A stretch of DNA of 31,878 bases from a virus: positions 1-31,878 of the IMG/VR virus record IMGVR_UViG_3300002920_000008; one strand, written 5' to 3'. This document shows positions 6,483 through 16,215 of this stretch, piece after piece (the stretch's first letter is position 1; every line of letters begins with the position of its first letter). A model generated the notes under the pieces. The model was given only the letters and a program-made list of their open reading frames with translations, made no database searches and was not told the origin of the DNA. The position numbers and the translations under genes are program-made.

Positions 6483-7027
6483 TGAACCACAAAGAATTCT
6501 GGTTCATGGTAGCAACATACTACCGAGTAAGGTTACCGGATATAACTTATCATATGTATGCCGAAGACACTAAACACATTCCAGTTGAAACACTGATTTC
6601 AATGTTTGATAAGTACAGGAAAACGCCGAGGGGTTCTGTAATGCCAATGCCTAATGTATTCCTACAGATGTTTGAAGGCAAGATTAGCGCTGACGATATG
6701 GCCAACATAGTTCCTTTAAGGATATTCGAGGCAGTTCGAAAGTTTGGATGGTCTCGGAAAGATGAGGCAAGGGACTATATTGGTGAAATTGGATGGCAGA
6801 TTGTAGAGATGCGAGGCGGATGGGCTGGCGTTTGCGAAAACCTCGGGACTAATTGGGATGAAGGTGTTTTCATTGCGCAGAGCAGAGAGATGACAAAATC
6901 ACTTCTCAAGGCTTCGGAGTTGGGTTATGGTGACAAGCCTATAAGCTTGGTGTCATCTTCAAAAGCTCAATGCAAACTTGAGCATGGTAACAATGTGGAA
7001 TTAGAACCAAAAGTTACCGATTATTAA
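6482..7027 (+). CDS. Possible G39P-like helicase loader
   Basis: It follows the organizer with a TAATG overlap and an AAGGAGG SD. The N-terminal pattern (FWFMVATYY...YHMYAEDTKHIPVETLISMFDKYRK) is reminiscent of SPP1 G39P-type loaders. This is a weak call from memory. Confidence 0.3.
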   Translation: MNHKEFWFMVATYYRVRLPDITYHMYAEDTKHIPVETLISMFDKYRKTPRGSVMPMPNVFLQMFEGKISADDMANIVPLRIFEAVRKFGWSRKDEARDYIGEIGWQIVEMRGGWAGVCENLGTNWDEGVFIAQSREMTKSLLKASELGYGDKPISLVSSSKAQCKLEHGNNVELEPKVTDY

Positions 7028-7049
7028 TAATAGGTGGCGTCGGTTATGG

Positions 7050-7997
7050 TTGTGGGGTTTGATTATGCTTGGGAAATTAGATTCCGAAAGGTTTCAATCA
7101 TCTCTTGTTATTAGTCCTAGTAGCTTAGTAACATTTTTAAATTCCCCCGCAGAGTACCATCAGCGATATATATTAGGCAAAAGGCCTGAACAGACTGAGG
7201 CGATGTTAGTTGGCGAAGCAATTCATTGCGCTATCTTAGAGCCTGACAAGTTTGATTCTAGGTTTGCGACTGTATCACCAGAAGTTAACTACATTAAGAC
7301 CGCAGATGAAATAATAGAGGCTATAAAGGCTCATGGGGAGAAGCCTGTTAGCAGGCGAAAAGGTGACTTAATAAGCCAGTTACTCGCATTAGATCCAGAC
7401 GCGCGCATCCTTGATGTGTATTTAGACGAAGTTACTGAAAGCGGTAGGAAGTTACTTAAGCCAAGTGATTTTAAAATGTGCTTAGATATTCAATCAAAAG
7501 TTAAGTCGCATGATTGGCTTTCAAGAGTGTTGTCAAAGGGCAATGCTGAGCAGTGGGTTTGGTCTCAATTCACAGAAAACACAATTATCCATGGCCGTAT
7601 GGATTTTTTTAGTAACGAGTTTAACCAGCCTGTTATTTTGGATTTTAAGACTGTGAAATCCGCGCATCCTGAGAGTTTTCAGCGCCAGATATTTAATGAA
7701 AAGCTTTATGTGCAAGCTGCTATGTATTGTGATATGGTTAAAGACTCAACGGGAAAAGATCCGCTATTTGCATGGGTTACCATAGAGAAGTCAGAACCAT
7801 ATGTTATAGAGATATATGCTGCTGACTTTGGGTTACTTGAGGCCGGAAGGTCAACTTATCACAAAGGCGCTCAAAGGTTAATAGAGGCAACAGAGTCAAA
7901 CAATTTTCGTGGTTACACTAATGGCAAAGTTACAACGATAACACTGCCATCATGGGCTTTTAATAGGTTGGATTATTATGCAGAGCAAGAGATATGA
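7050..7997 (+). CDS. PD-(D/E)XK (RecB/Cas4-like fold) exonuclease, partner of the RecT-like protein
   Basis: Motifs GEAIHCAILE, GRMDFF...VILDFKT and QAAMY (QxxxY). The gene lies one small HTH gene upstream of the annealase gene. The start is uncertain (TTG at 7050 or ATG at 7065). Confidence 0.65.
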   Translation: MWGLIMLGKLDSERFQSSLVISPSSLVTFLNSPAEYHQRYILGKRPEQTEAMLVGEAIHCAILEPDKFDSRFATVSPEVNYIKTADEIIEAIKAHGEKPVSRRKGDLISQLLALDPDARILDVYLDEVTESGRKLLKPSDFKMCLDIQSKVKSHDWLSRVLSKGNAEQWVWSQFTENTIIHGRMDFFSNEFNQPVILDFKTVKSAHPESFQRQIFNEKLYVQAAMYCDMVKDSTGKDPLFAWVTIEKSEPYVIEIYAADFGLLEAGRSTYHKGAQRLIEATESNNFRGYTNGKVTTITLPSWAFNRLDYYAEQEI

Positions 7998-8313
7998 TGT
8001 TACCACTGACAAAGGCCATGCGGTTTTAAAGCTAATGGCTGATGGATGGAGCTTTACGTATGCAATGAAGAAAGTTTTTAATTCACAAAACCAATCGATA
8101 GCAAAGCGTCTTTACGAGATTAATCCCAGAATTAGGGAAGTTGTCGAGATGCGAAAGCGTATCAAGCGTCAATCTGTTTACAAAGCTGTTAAAGGGTTTC
8201 CAAAAGTAGATGAGAACACTATCAAACAGTTAATCAAAGAGAGTAAGAAAAGAAGGAGATTAGAAAATGAGCGACGCTCAGCAGGCATCAACACAGAAGG
8301 CAAAGGGAAGTAA
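7978..8313 (+). CDS. Small basic helix-turn-helix protein
   Basis: The N-terminal KGHAVLKLMADGWSFTYAMKKV is HTH-like and similar to the N-terminus of 8949..9152. The C-terminus is Lys/Arg rich. Confidence 0.45.
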   Translation: MQSKRYDVTTDKGHAVLKLMADGWSFTYAMKKVFNSQNQSIAKRLYEINPRIREVVEMRKRIKRQSVYKAVKGFPKVDENTIKQLIKESKKRRRLENERRSAGINTEGKGK

Positions 8314-8947
8314 CATTATAGTAACTCAATCAGGGTTATTAGAAGCTCAAGATATTGATGGAAAGTACAGATTGGCGGAAGTTCTTTTTAAGTCTGGAAT
8401 GATTCCAAAATCATATGAGAACCCAATGCAGGTCATGGTTGCAATGCAGTTTGCTCAAGAGCTTGGATTGCATCCGTTTCACGGTATAAGAAACATAGCA
8501 ATGATTAATGGTAACCCTAGCATATGGGGCGAGTTACCGCTTGCGTTGGCAATCAAAACTGGGAAAATTCAAAGTATAGAGGAGTTTTTATTTGACAAGG
8601 ATTATAACAAGATATGTTTTAATAACAAGAACTTAAATGCAGAGGTGTATGGAGCTGTTACCAGAATAGTTCACAAGGAGATTGGAAGTTTTGAATCAAC
8701 TTTTACAATCGATGACGCTGAGAGGGCTGGGCTACTTAATAGGTCACCAGTGTGGAAGAGTTATAGGAAGATAATGCTACAAAGGCGGGCTAGATCGTTT
8801 GCGCTTAAGTCGTTGTTCCCTGAGGCTATTGCTGGTATACCTATAGCAGAATATGACTTTAATTATGTTCCGGACGTTACTGAATCAAGCAAAAGGGTTA
8901 CTCACAACGGTAGTGCTGACCCTAGTGAGATTTTAAACGAGATTTGA
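8267..8947 (+). CDS. recT: RecT/Red-beta-like single-strand annealing protein
   Basis: The pattern SIWGELPLALAIKTGKI ... PVWKSYRKIMLQRRARSFALKSLFPE resembles the RecT family. An AAGGAG SD is present. The exonuclease gene 7050..7997 lies upstream, separated by the HTH gene 7978..8313. Confidence 0.55.
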   Translation: MSDAQQASTQKAKGSNIIVTQSGLLEAQDIDGKYRLAEVLFKSGMIPKSYENPMQVMVAMQFAQELGLHPFHGIRNIAMINGNPSIWGELPLALAIKTGKIQSIEEFLFDKDYNKICFNNKNLNAEVYGAVTRIVHKEIGSFESTFTIDDAERAGLLNRSPVWKSYRKIMLQRRARSFALKSLFPEAIAGIPIAEYDFNYVPDVTESSKRVTHNGSADPSEILNEI

Positions 8948-8948
8948 A

Positions 8949-9152
8949 ATGAGAGGTAAGAAACCTAGAGTTATTACAAAAGATGAGATAAAGAGGATCA
9001 TAGATCTAATCGCAGAGGGTTATTCAGTGAGATACGCGGCTGGGATGGTTTTGGGAACTGCAAATGAAGTTTATATTAGAAAGATTAAACAGGAATACCC
9101 AGAAGTAGCGGAATATTTTAACAAGCATAGGAAGAAGAGAGCTTACTTTTAA
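8949..9152 (+). CDS. Small helix-turn-helix protein (paralogue-like of 7978..8313)
   Basis: EIKRIIDLIAEGYSVRYAAGMV is an HTH-like segment. The protein is 67 aa. Confidence 0.45.
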   Translation: MRGKKPRVITKDEIKRIIDLIAEGYSVRYAAGMVLGTANEVYIRKIKQEYPEVAEYFNKHRKKRAYF

Positions 9153-9176
9153 GTAACCATGTGGAGGGGGTAACAT

Positions 9177-9395
9177 ATGGACAGAGACACTTTTAGAACT
9201 CTTGCGGCTGGCAAATATGCGATAAGTAATCTTGAGGGCACAATTGATAAGTCTCATATGCTCTCTTTCATTGATGGGGCAATATACGCTTATGATATTT
9301 TAAAAAAACAAACCACAAAAGGAGGGGTTACAAATGAAACTAAACAAGATGCAGAAAGCCAAGATCTTGGAAATAGTGGAAAAGAAGTACGCTAA
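9177..9395 (+). CDS. Hypothetical protein
   Basis: A 72-aa ORF with the SD GGAGGGGG 6 nt upstream. Confidence 0.5.
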   Translation: MDRDTFRTLAAGKYAISNLEGTIDKSHMLSFIDGAIYAYDILKKQTTKGGVTNETKQDAESQDLGNSGKEVR

Positions 9396-9564
9396 AAAAG
9401 CCAAGCTTAGCGCATCACAGCTTAAGGGGCTCATTGAGCTAGTCTTCAAGGCTATTAAGTCTTTAAAGACAGAAAACGTCAAGAAGCCATCAACGAGAAA
9501 GCAAAAGCCTACTAAAAAAGTTGCTACCAAGGCAAAAGAACAGAACACAACAGAGAATAACTAG
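9334..9564 (+). CDS. Lys-rich small basic protein (possible DNA-binding)
   Basis: A 76-aa ORF with the strong SD AAGGAGGGG upstream. It overlaps the previous ORF by 62 nt. Confidence 0.5.
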   Translation: MKLNKMQKAKILEIVEKKYAKKAKLSASQLKGLIELVFKAIKSLKTENVKKPSTRKQKPTKKVATKAKEQNTTENN

Positions 9565-9960
9565 ATGAGTAACAGGGCTGTGAAACTAGCACTAAAGTTT
9601 GCTATTAAAAAAACTAGGGACGCGGCCCTGATTCAAAACATTTATACCAGACACCAGAGATTAAGAAAGAAACATTTGCCAGATAACAAGCTAGTGCAAT
9701 TCATAGCAGAATGTTACTTGTTAAACCTGATACCATTAAAATCATTGACAACTTGCGTTGAGATAACTAAGGGCAGGACTAAAGTCCAATCGTTACTGGA
9801 GATCAATCCACAAAATATCTCACATCTTACGAAACTGGATCAAGCGTCAATCTATATGCTGCAAGTAACGTTTCTAAAAAACACTTTAAAAAACATTCTA
9901 AGTACTCAAAATAACTATGAAATTCAAAGCTACAGGATGTTACTAAATAAATATCTTTGA
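9565..9960 (+). CDS. Hypothetical protein
   Basis: A 131-aa ORF whose start abuts the preceding stop (TAGATG). No motif recognised. Confidence 0.45.
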   Translation: MSNRAVKLALKFAIKKTRDAALIQNIYTRHQRLRKKHLPDNKLVQFIAECYLLNLIPLKSLTTCVEITKGRTKVQSLLEINPQNISHLTKLDQASIYMLQVTFLKNTLKNILSTQNNYEIQSYRMLLNKYL

Positions 9961-10003
9961 TAATGGTCACCAATTAAAGCAACCTAAAAAAGGGGTGCTA
10001 CTC

Positions 10004-10195
10004 ATGGAAGATCAGGTGACAGTTGAGCTATCAAGAGAAGGGATAACCGACTTTTTAGCAAGTTGCTTGTCGGAAATTCATATTGACGAGATAACACCGC
10101 ATATTACTATCTTAGATCAAAGGCATATACATTTTGTCTTAGGAGATTTTAAGTTACTCATAGAAGTAACAGATATAGACAAGTTACTGAACTAA
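10004..10195 (+). CDS. Hypothetical small acidic protein (start moved to the ATG at 10004)
   Basis: The track start, GTG at 9995, lies within the SD-like AAAGGGG. The ATG at 10004 has normal spacing from that SD. Confidence 0.45.
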   Translation: MEDQVTVELSREGITDFLASCLSEIHIDEITPHITILDQRHIHFVLGDFKLLIEVTDIDKLLN

Positions 10196-10238
10196 CCCCG
10201 TGGGTTGATGCTCGGCTTTCAGTGAAAGAGGGCAGATT

Positions 10239-10685
10239 TTGGAGGACAAAATAAGTAGAAGTCAGTTTGTTATGGATGAAGATGAGTTTAAAAAACTCAT
10301 GAGACTCCACGCAACACTAACCGAAGTAGCAGGATGGTTTGATGTGTCGGAAGACACAATAGAGGCCGCTTGTAAAAGGCAGTTCAATCTTTCATTTTCG
10401 GAATGCTTTAAAAAATTTTCTGCTGGGGGGAAGATTTCTCTAAGGCGTGCGCAATGGATTGCAGCCACTGAGAAGCACAACACCGCCTTGCTAATTTGGC
10501 TTGGGAAACAGTACTTAGGTCAAAAGGATATGATAGAACATTCTGGTAACCCTGACAAAGCACCAATACAATTAGCTTATGCGCAACCAGTACCACAAAA
10601 GAAACTTGAATCAGCTCTTAATCAAAAGATAAATGAGGTCATTGAGGTAGAGGCTAAGTGCTTAGATGAACCAGAAACTGACTAA
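10239..10685 (+). CDS. terS: Terminase small subunit
   Basis: It lies immediately upstream of TerL and overlaps it. There is an HTH-like segment (LTEVAGWFDVSEDTIE) and the LIWLGKQYLGQKD motif common in small terminases. The start is TTG. Confidence 0.55.
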   Translation: MEDKISRSQFVMDEDEFKKLMRLHATLTEVAGWFDVSEDTIEAACKRQFNLSFSECFKKFSAGGKISLRRAQWIAATEKHNTALLIWLGKQYLGQKDMIEHSGNPDKAPIQLAYAQPVPQKKLESALNQKINEVIEVEAKCLDEPETD

Positions 10686-12081
10686 GGAAGAGGCGGAGAA
10701 GCTATCACAACCTTACCTTACTAAATTCAATCCCTATGTGATACCAATGCAAGGGGCAGTTATAAACCTGATCCGAGCCGATTGGGATTATTCAAAAGGA
10801 ACCCCCGAAATACTATTAACTGGTTCATATGGTAGTAGCAAGTCGGTGCTACTAGCTCACCTTGCGGTAACACATTGTTTTTTACAACCCTATTCAAGGG
10901 TTTGCATATGTCGAAGGGCGTTACCAGATTTAAAGCGCACAATCTTCCAAGAGATTTTGGAGCACATATCAGAGGACCTTGTTGAAGGCAAGGATTACAA
11001 AGTCAATCACTCAACAGCTATGATCAAATTTAGAAACGGTTCAGAGATTATCAGCATGAGTTGGGCGGACAAGCGTTATAAAAAGGGTCGTTCACTCCGG
11101 TTATCAATGCTAGTAATCGAAGAGCTTACTGAAAACGATGAGCAAGACTTTGAAGCTTTCAAAACTTTAAAAGCAAGGGTCAGAAGGTTACCAGGCATTA
11201 AAGAAAATGTAGTAATTTGTGCTACTAACCCAGATGACCCCGAGTCGATATGGTATAAATACTTTATAGCTTCTCAACCTCATCCAACACGGTTTGTCTT
11301 CTATTCGAAGACAGAAGACAACCCCTTTATAGATCCAATCTACATAGAGCAATTAAAGAAAGATTTGGACCCCATATCAATCAGGCGTTACCTTTACGGG
11401 GAGTGGGTATCATTACAAAACAATGGTATCTACTATTGTTATAATAGCAGTGTTCACTTCCTTAAAGACAAGGAATATCAGTTCAATACTATGTTACCAA
11501 TTGACATCTCATGGGACTTTAATATAGGCGAAAACAAGCCTCTATCGATCATCGTCGGGCAATATGATCCAAGCCTTGAAACGTTCCACGTAGAACGATC
11601 TATTTGCATTGAATCGGCATCAACACACTTAATGCTGGATGAATTGCAATCCAGAGGCTACTTCGATCTAGGAGCTAAAATAAGAATTTACGGTGATGCT
11701 ACTGGTCAAGCTAGGTCTACAAACTCACTTCACTCTAATTATGAGATTATCAAGAATTACTTAAGTAACTATACTGATTCACAAGGCAGAAGGGTTACTT
11801 TTGAGATGAAAGTCCCCAGAAGTAACCCACCGATCAGGACTAGGCATAATGTTGTAAACAGCTATTTCGAAAACGGCAAAGGGCAAGCAAGATGTTTCCT
11901 TTATAAGTATGCTACTAAACTAGATGAGGGCTTGAGGTTGACGAAACTTAAAAAAGGCGGAGATTATGTAGAGGATGATAGTAAAGACTATCAACACGTT
12001 ACCACAAGCCTAGGTTATTGGATGGTGCATATTCATAACACTAAGAACGTTCACAAAATAACCAGGAATAGGAGATTTTAA
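10666..12081 (+). CDS. terL: Terminase large subunit
   Basis: Deviant Walker A LLTGSYGSSKS, Walker B MLVIEE, and C-terminal nuclease-type acidic motifs (ISWDFN, YGDATG). The size is 471 aa and a portal-sized gene follows. Confidence 0.8.
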   Translation: MNQKLTKEEAEKLSQPYLTKFNPYVIPMQGAVINLIRADWDYSKGTPEILLTGSYGSSKSVLLAHLAVTHCFLQPYSRVCICRRALPDLKRTIFQEILEHISEDLVEGKDYKVNHSTAMIKFRNGSEIISMSWADKRYKKGRSLRLSMLVIEELTENDEQDFEAFKTLKARVRRLPGIKENVVICATNPDDPESIWYKYFIASQPHPTRFVFYSKTEDNPFIDPIYIEQLKKDLDPISIRRYLYGEWVSLQNNGIYYCYNSSVHFLKDKEYQFNTMLPIDISWDFNIGENKPLSIIVGQYDPSLETFHVERSICIESASTHLMLDELQSRGYFDLGAKIRIYGDATGQARSTNSLHSNYEIIKNYLSNYTDSQGRRVTFEMKVPRSNPPIRTRHNVVNSYFENGKGQARCFLYKYATKLDEGLRLTKLKKGGDYVEDDSKDYQHVTTSLGYWMVHIHNTKNVHKITRNRRF

Positions 12082-12083
12082 AA

Positions 12084-13496
12084 ATGGATGTGAAGCAGAT
12101 AATCAAAGAAATTGAGGGGCTAAGCAACAGAAAGAGAAAATCAGTTAGTTTTGCGGAATCAGAGATTTACAACGACAATATATATCCTTATGTTAGTCGT
12201 TACCTTCAAAACTTTTACGACAAAGACACTCTAAACGAAGTATCTATTTATAGCTCTATTAACCTTGCTAAGAGGATTGTAGATCAAGAAGCAAGCTTAT
12301 ATAGAACCGCCCCAACAAGATCGTTTTCCGGATTATCCGATGATCAGGTAGCTACAATCAAGCAAGTATATAATGACTTAAAGATAGATCATGTAATGCT
12401 TAGAAGTAACAGGGCTTTTAAGCTTCAAGGGCAAAATCATATTGAAGTGCTACCTTTTAACGGTAAGCTAATCGCCCGTGTTCTATTAAACCATCACTTG
12501 GATGCAATTCCAGTCGAAGAAAACCCAGAAGTGGCAGAGGGGTATGTTGTTAGTGGCTTCGATCGTTACCAAGTAGTTGATAGTACAGATATTAAAAACC
12601 AACGCATAGCTGATTTTGCTGACTACAAGTCAACCTTAAAAAGGTATGCGTTCTTTACAAAAGATAGTAACTTTATAGTAGATGGAAACGGTGAGTTACT
12701 ATCAGATAGCACAGAAAACCCAATCGGAATGCTGCCAATTGTCGAGGTTGCAGGCTTTAAGGACTTCACATATTGGGTAGAGAAGGGAACTAGCGTTACC
12801 GACTTCACTATCCAATTTAACGCGACAATGAGCGATATCGCGCATATTGTTAGGATGCAAGGCTTTGCACAAGCATATATTAGCGGGGCGTCTGATATGT
12901 TGCCGGAACGTCTTGTGATTGGACCTAATCACGTGTTGCGATTGCCTGTTGATCCAAACAACCCAGTTCAAACGCAATTTGGCTTTGCTAATCCTAGTCC
13001 CGATTTAGCTGGTTCTTTAAGGTTTCCAGAGGTGTTGTTAAGTAGCTTTTTAACATCACGGGGCTTAAGTCCTAAGCTTGTATCAGGTAGCGGCGAGGTT
13101 GATAAATACACGAGCGGTCTTGATAGGTTACTATCAATGATTGAGAGATTCGAGGCCAGTCAGTACGATATGGAGCTATTTAGATCAGCAGAGAAGAACT
13201 TATTTAAACTCATTATCCGTTACTTAAATACATATGCGGGGACATCTGTTCTAAGTTATAAGTGGAATAATGTGAAAGAAGATTCTGTTGATATATTCGT
13301 TAAATACTCAGAACCTCAAATGCTAATGAGCGAGCAAGAAAAGCTGGACGCGATTGCTAGAAAGAAAGAACTGGGGTTAATGAGTGATCTGGACGCTATA
13401 ATGGAATATTACGGATTAGACGAAGAGGCGGCTAGAGCAAAGTTAAACAAGATGAGATCGGAAATGATTTTAAGTCAGGTAACAAACGAAGGGTAA
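12084..13496 (+). CDS. Portal protein
   Basis: A 470-aa ORF directly after TerL with an AGGAG SD. Assigned by synteny and size only. Confidence 0.65.
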   Translation: MDVKQIIKEIEGLSNRKRKSVSFAESEIYNDNIYPYVSRYLQNFYDKDTLNEVSIYSSINLAKRIVDQEASLYRTAPTRSFSGLSDDQVATIKQVYNDLKIDHVMLRSNRAFKLQGQNHIEVLPFNGKLIARVLLNHHLDAIPVEENPEVAEGYVVSGFDRYQVVDSTDIKNQRIADFADYKSTLKRYAFFTKDSNFIVDGNGELLSDSTENPIGMLPIVEVAGFKDFTYWVEKGTSVTDFTIQFNATMSDIAHIVRMQGFAQAYISGASDMLPERLVIGPNHVLRLPVDPNNPVQTQFGFANPSPDLAGSLRFPEVLLSSFLTSRGLSPKLVSGSGEVDKYTSGLDRLLSMIERFEASQYDMELFRSAEKNLFKLIIRYLNTYAGTSVLSYKWNNVKEDSVDIFVKYSEPQMLMSEQEKLDAIARKKELGLMSDLDAIMEYYGLDEEAARAKLNKMRSEMILSQVTNEG

Positions 13497-13508
13497 CAAG
13501 TAACTTAT

Positions 13509-14105
13509 ATGCCTAGATTCCCTAAAAATATGGTAATCGACACATCCGAGATTAGTCAGACGATTGATGCGTCATGGCTTGGGCGTGAGGTTACTGACAC
13601 AAATCTATTAGAGCGGATTGGCCAAGCTACACTTGACTACATGTTAGACCGTGTTAGCACGGGCAAGGGAATCGGTGGAGTAACATTTAAACCAAATAAA
13701 TATTCAAATCGGTACATGAAAACTGCGGAGTTTCAAGCAGCAGGCAAGTCACCTAGTCCGGTGAATATGACTTTGCATGGTGATATGCTTGGCAGCATAC
13801 AGCTTGAAGTTGGTGAATCTAGTTTTAAGCTATATATACCACCAGAACAGTCCCCGAAGGCTCACGGCCACCAGACTGGCGAGGGCACAGCACCCAAGAG
13901 GCCTTTCTTTGGGGTAACACGCACCGAGTTTGAAAAGAATATTCTAATTAAATTCAAGGAAGAGATCAAAAGAAGTTCTGCACAAAAGTCTAACTTGCAA
14001 GAAAATGTTACCAAAACACAAGCAAAGCCGATCAGGCTATTAAATAATCTTGATATCCTTGAGGAGATAAGGACACTTGGAGATCTATTTAGGTTGGTAA
14101 AATGA
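13509..14105 (+). CDS. Head/virion morphogenesis-like protein
   Basis: Located between the portal and scaffold genes. The segment VNMTLHGDMLGSI weakly recalls virion-morphogenesis families. Confidence 0.3.
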   Translation: MPRFPKNMVIDTSEISQTIDASWLGREVTDTNLLERIGQATLDYMLDRVSTGKGIGGVTFKPNKYSNRYMKTAEFQAAGKSPSPVNMTLHGDMLGSIQLEVGESSFKLYIPPEQSPKAHGHQTGEGTAPKRPFFGVTRTEFEKNILIKFKEEIKRSSAQKSNLQENVTKTQAKPIRLLNNLDILEEIRTLGDLFRLVK

Positions 14106-14710
14106 GTTTTAAAATCAAGTTTAGGGATGATCTATTTAGAGTTGTTACCAAAGAGGCAAAAGCGGCATTGCAAGAGTCTATGCGATCAAAAAAGTTAGGT
14201 GAGGACATCGGCAGAGTTGTGATCAGAGATATCCAAGTACAAACACGATCAGGCAAGTCGATACCATCAGGAGGACGCTTAAAGCCGCTTTCAAAGAGTT
14301 GGATTAAGCTCAGAAAAGAGATAATAAGTGCCAATGGTGCAGAGAGTTATGTTAAGCCTACGAGAAGTAACTTAAGTCTCTCAAGTCAGTTACTGAACAG
14401 CATGAGTTTTAATCAAAAGCAGACTGGGAGAGGTTTAGAAATATCATTCTTTTTTAAAGGAACCCACGAGCCTTATAAGTTACCATACAAGAAAAGCTGG
14501 ACAGTTAAAAACGCGTTTGGTCGTGGTAAAAATACAGTTTTTAATAGCAACAAAACGGGAATGAGAATCATAGGCAAAAGAATACAGAATGAAAAGCTTG
14601 CGGAATATATTGAAAGAACGCGACCGTTCATAGGTGTAAGGCCGCAGGTTCAAGCAACCTTAAGGGAATTAGTATTGAGAGAGGTGCGTAGATTATTAAA
14701 AATCAGGTAA
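14102..14710 (+). CDS. Hypothetical basic structural/morphogenesis protein
   Basis: A 202-aa ORF translationally coupled to the previous gene (ATGA overlap). No firm motif. Confidence 0.4.
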   Translation: MSFKIKFRDDLFRVVTKEAKAALQESMRSKKLGEDIGRVVIRDIQVQTRSGKSIPSGGRLKPLSKSWIKLRKEIISANGAESYVKPTRSNLSLSSQLLNSMSFNQKQTGRGLEISFFFKGTHEPYKLPYKKSWTVKNAFGRGKNTVFNSNKTGMRIIGKRIQNEKLAEYIERTRPFIGVRPQVQATLRELVLREVRRLLKIR

Positions 14711-14757
14711 CAAACAGGCCTATGCAAGGCTTGACATAGTAACAAGGAGCGTAAACA

Positions 14758-15330
14758 ATGGTAGAAGACAAAGGGACAGTGTCCAATTCAGAAGTCGTCA
14801 GTGACGAGAAAAAAGACCTGGTAGCCTATGAAACTTACAGGCGAGCCATCGGCGAAGTGAAGCAACTTAAAGCAAAACTCGCTGAGATTGAGGCGGAGCG
14901 CGAGCGAGAGCAGCAATCAAAGCTTGCCGAACAAGGAAAGTACAAGGAGCAGGCAGAATCGTTACTTAAGAAGTTGTCAGAGAAAGATGAGCAGATTAAA
15001 AGTATTGTTTCATCTTTTGGGAAAAGGGTCTTTGAAACAGAAGCTAAATCGATAGCTCTGGGACTAGGCGCAAGACCTGAAGCCATTGACGACATCTTAA
15101 AAGTTGGTAACTGGGATGATATTGAGATCGATAATAATTTCAATATTAACAAGGACCAGTTACGAATGAAGATTGACGATCTGTTGAAAAGTAAGCCGTG
15201 GTTTTCGGTGAGTAACACAAAAGCTCCTCAAAGTATTATCCCAACTAACAGGGTTACCGATAACAGTGCTCGAGATCTTAGCAAGCTTAGTCTTGAGGAG
15301 ATCAGGGAGCTAGCAAAGCAGATAAAATAA
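14758..15330 (+). CDS. Scaffolding protein
   Basis: A charged coiled-coil sequence (KLAEIEAEREREQQSKLAEQGKYKEQAESLLKK) immediately upstream of the capsid gene, with an AAGGAG SD. Confidence 0.55.
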   Translation: MVEDKGTVSNSEVVSDEKKDLVAYETYRRAIGEVKQLKAKLAEIEAEREREQQSKLAEQGKYKEQAESLLKKLSEKDEQIKSIVSSFGKRVFETEAKSIALGLGARPEAIDDILKVGNWDDIEIDNNFNINKDQLRMKIDDLLKSKPWFSVSNTKAPQSIIPTNRVTDNSARDLSKLSLEEIRELAKQIK

Positions 15331-15357
15331 TTTAATAATTTAAAAAGGAGTTTAAAA

Positions 15358-16203
15358 ATGGCAGTAACAGGTAACACCCAATTGGGTCCAACTAAACAAG
15401 ATTTAATTGCAGCAGCAGTACAAAGGGAATTAAAATTCACAGCGATCTTATCTAGTTATGTAACTGACGTTTCTCAGTTTGCTGTGAAGGGTGCAAAATC
15501 AATTAGCTTTCCAAAGTTCACTAGCTTCACAGTTCAAAACAGAGCATCAGCAACCGCCGGAACTATCGACCATCTAACAGCCTCAACAGACAAGCTTGAT
15601 TTAAATATCAATGCTTATGTTTCTTGGTTGATCGACGGTTCTGACGAAATTCAATCTTCAGTAGCTGCAAAAGTCGAATTTGCAATCAGAGCAGCCGCCG
15701 CACATGGTCGATATGTTGATGAGAAGATAATTGATCAAGTTAAAACAAACGCGGGTTTTGTAGCGACTGCTACTGCGAACTTAAGGGACAAAATTCTCGA
15801 GTGTCGTGCTTTCTTAAAAAGAAACCAAGCAATCTTAGAACAATCAGTTTTAGCTGTCTCCCCAGAGATGGAAAAGCAGTTACTTCAAGTTGCTGAGTTT
15901 TCTCAAGCTAATATCTATGGTCAAGCTGTGATTCCACAAGGTGTCATCGGAAGAATTTACGGAATGCCTGTTGTCGTTCATAGCGGTTTTGCTGCCAATG
16001 AAGCTTTTATGTGGAGTAAAGACGCTATTGCCCTTGGTTTCCAATCAGCTCCAAATTATGCTTCACAACCTGCTATCGAGTACGGAACTACTGCTGTGCT
16101 TGAAGCCATGGATCAATTATTTGGAGTAAAAGCGCTTCAAATTGACCAAGGTACTGGAACGCTTACAGGCAAGTCGGCTTTAATTGCTAAAGTATCAGGG
16201 TAA
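15358..16203 (+). CDS. Major capsid protein (HK97-fold expected)
   Basis: It follows the scaffold gene. The very strong leader AAAAAGGAGTTTAAAA is shared almost exactly with the tail tube gene. The size (281 aa) and Ala/Val-rich composition fit. Confidence 0.65.
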   Translation: MAVTGNTQLGPTKQDLIAAAVQRELKFTAILSSYVTDVSQFAVKGAKSISFPKFTSFTVQNRASATAGTIDHLTASTDKLDLNINAYVSWLIDGSDEIQSSVAAKVEFAIRAAAAHGRYVDEKIIDQVKTNAGFVATATANLRDKILECRAFLKRNQAILEQSVLAVSPEMEKQLLQVAEFSQANIYGQAVIPQGVIGRIYGMPVVVHSGFAANEAFMWSKDAIALGFQSAPNYASQPAIEYGTTAVLEAMDQLFGVKALQIDQGTGTLTGKSALIAKVSG

Positions 16204-16215
16204 CAGCATTAGCTA

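Noticed and set aside
14731-14759. Consensus-looking promoter TTGACA-17-AACAAT before the scaffold gene
   Set aside because: The -10 element overlaps the scaffold start codon, so a transcript would begin inside the gene. It is probably fortuitous, though an internal promoter for capsid-only transcripts cannot be excluded.
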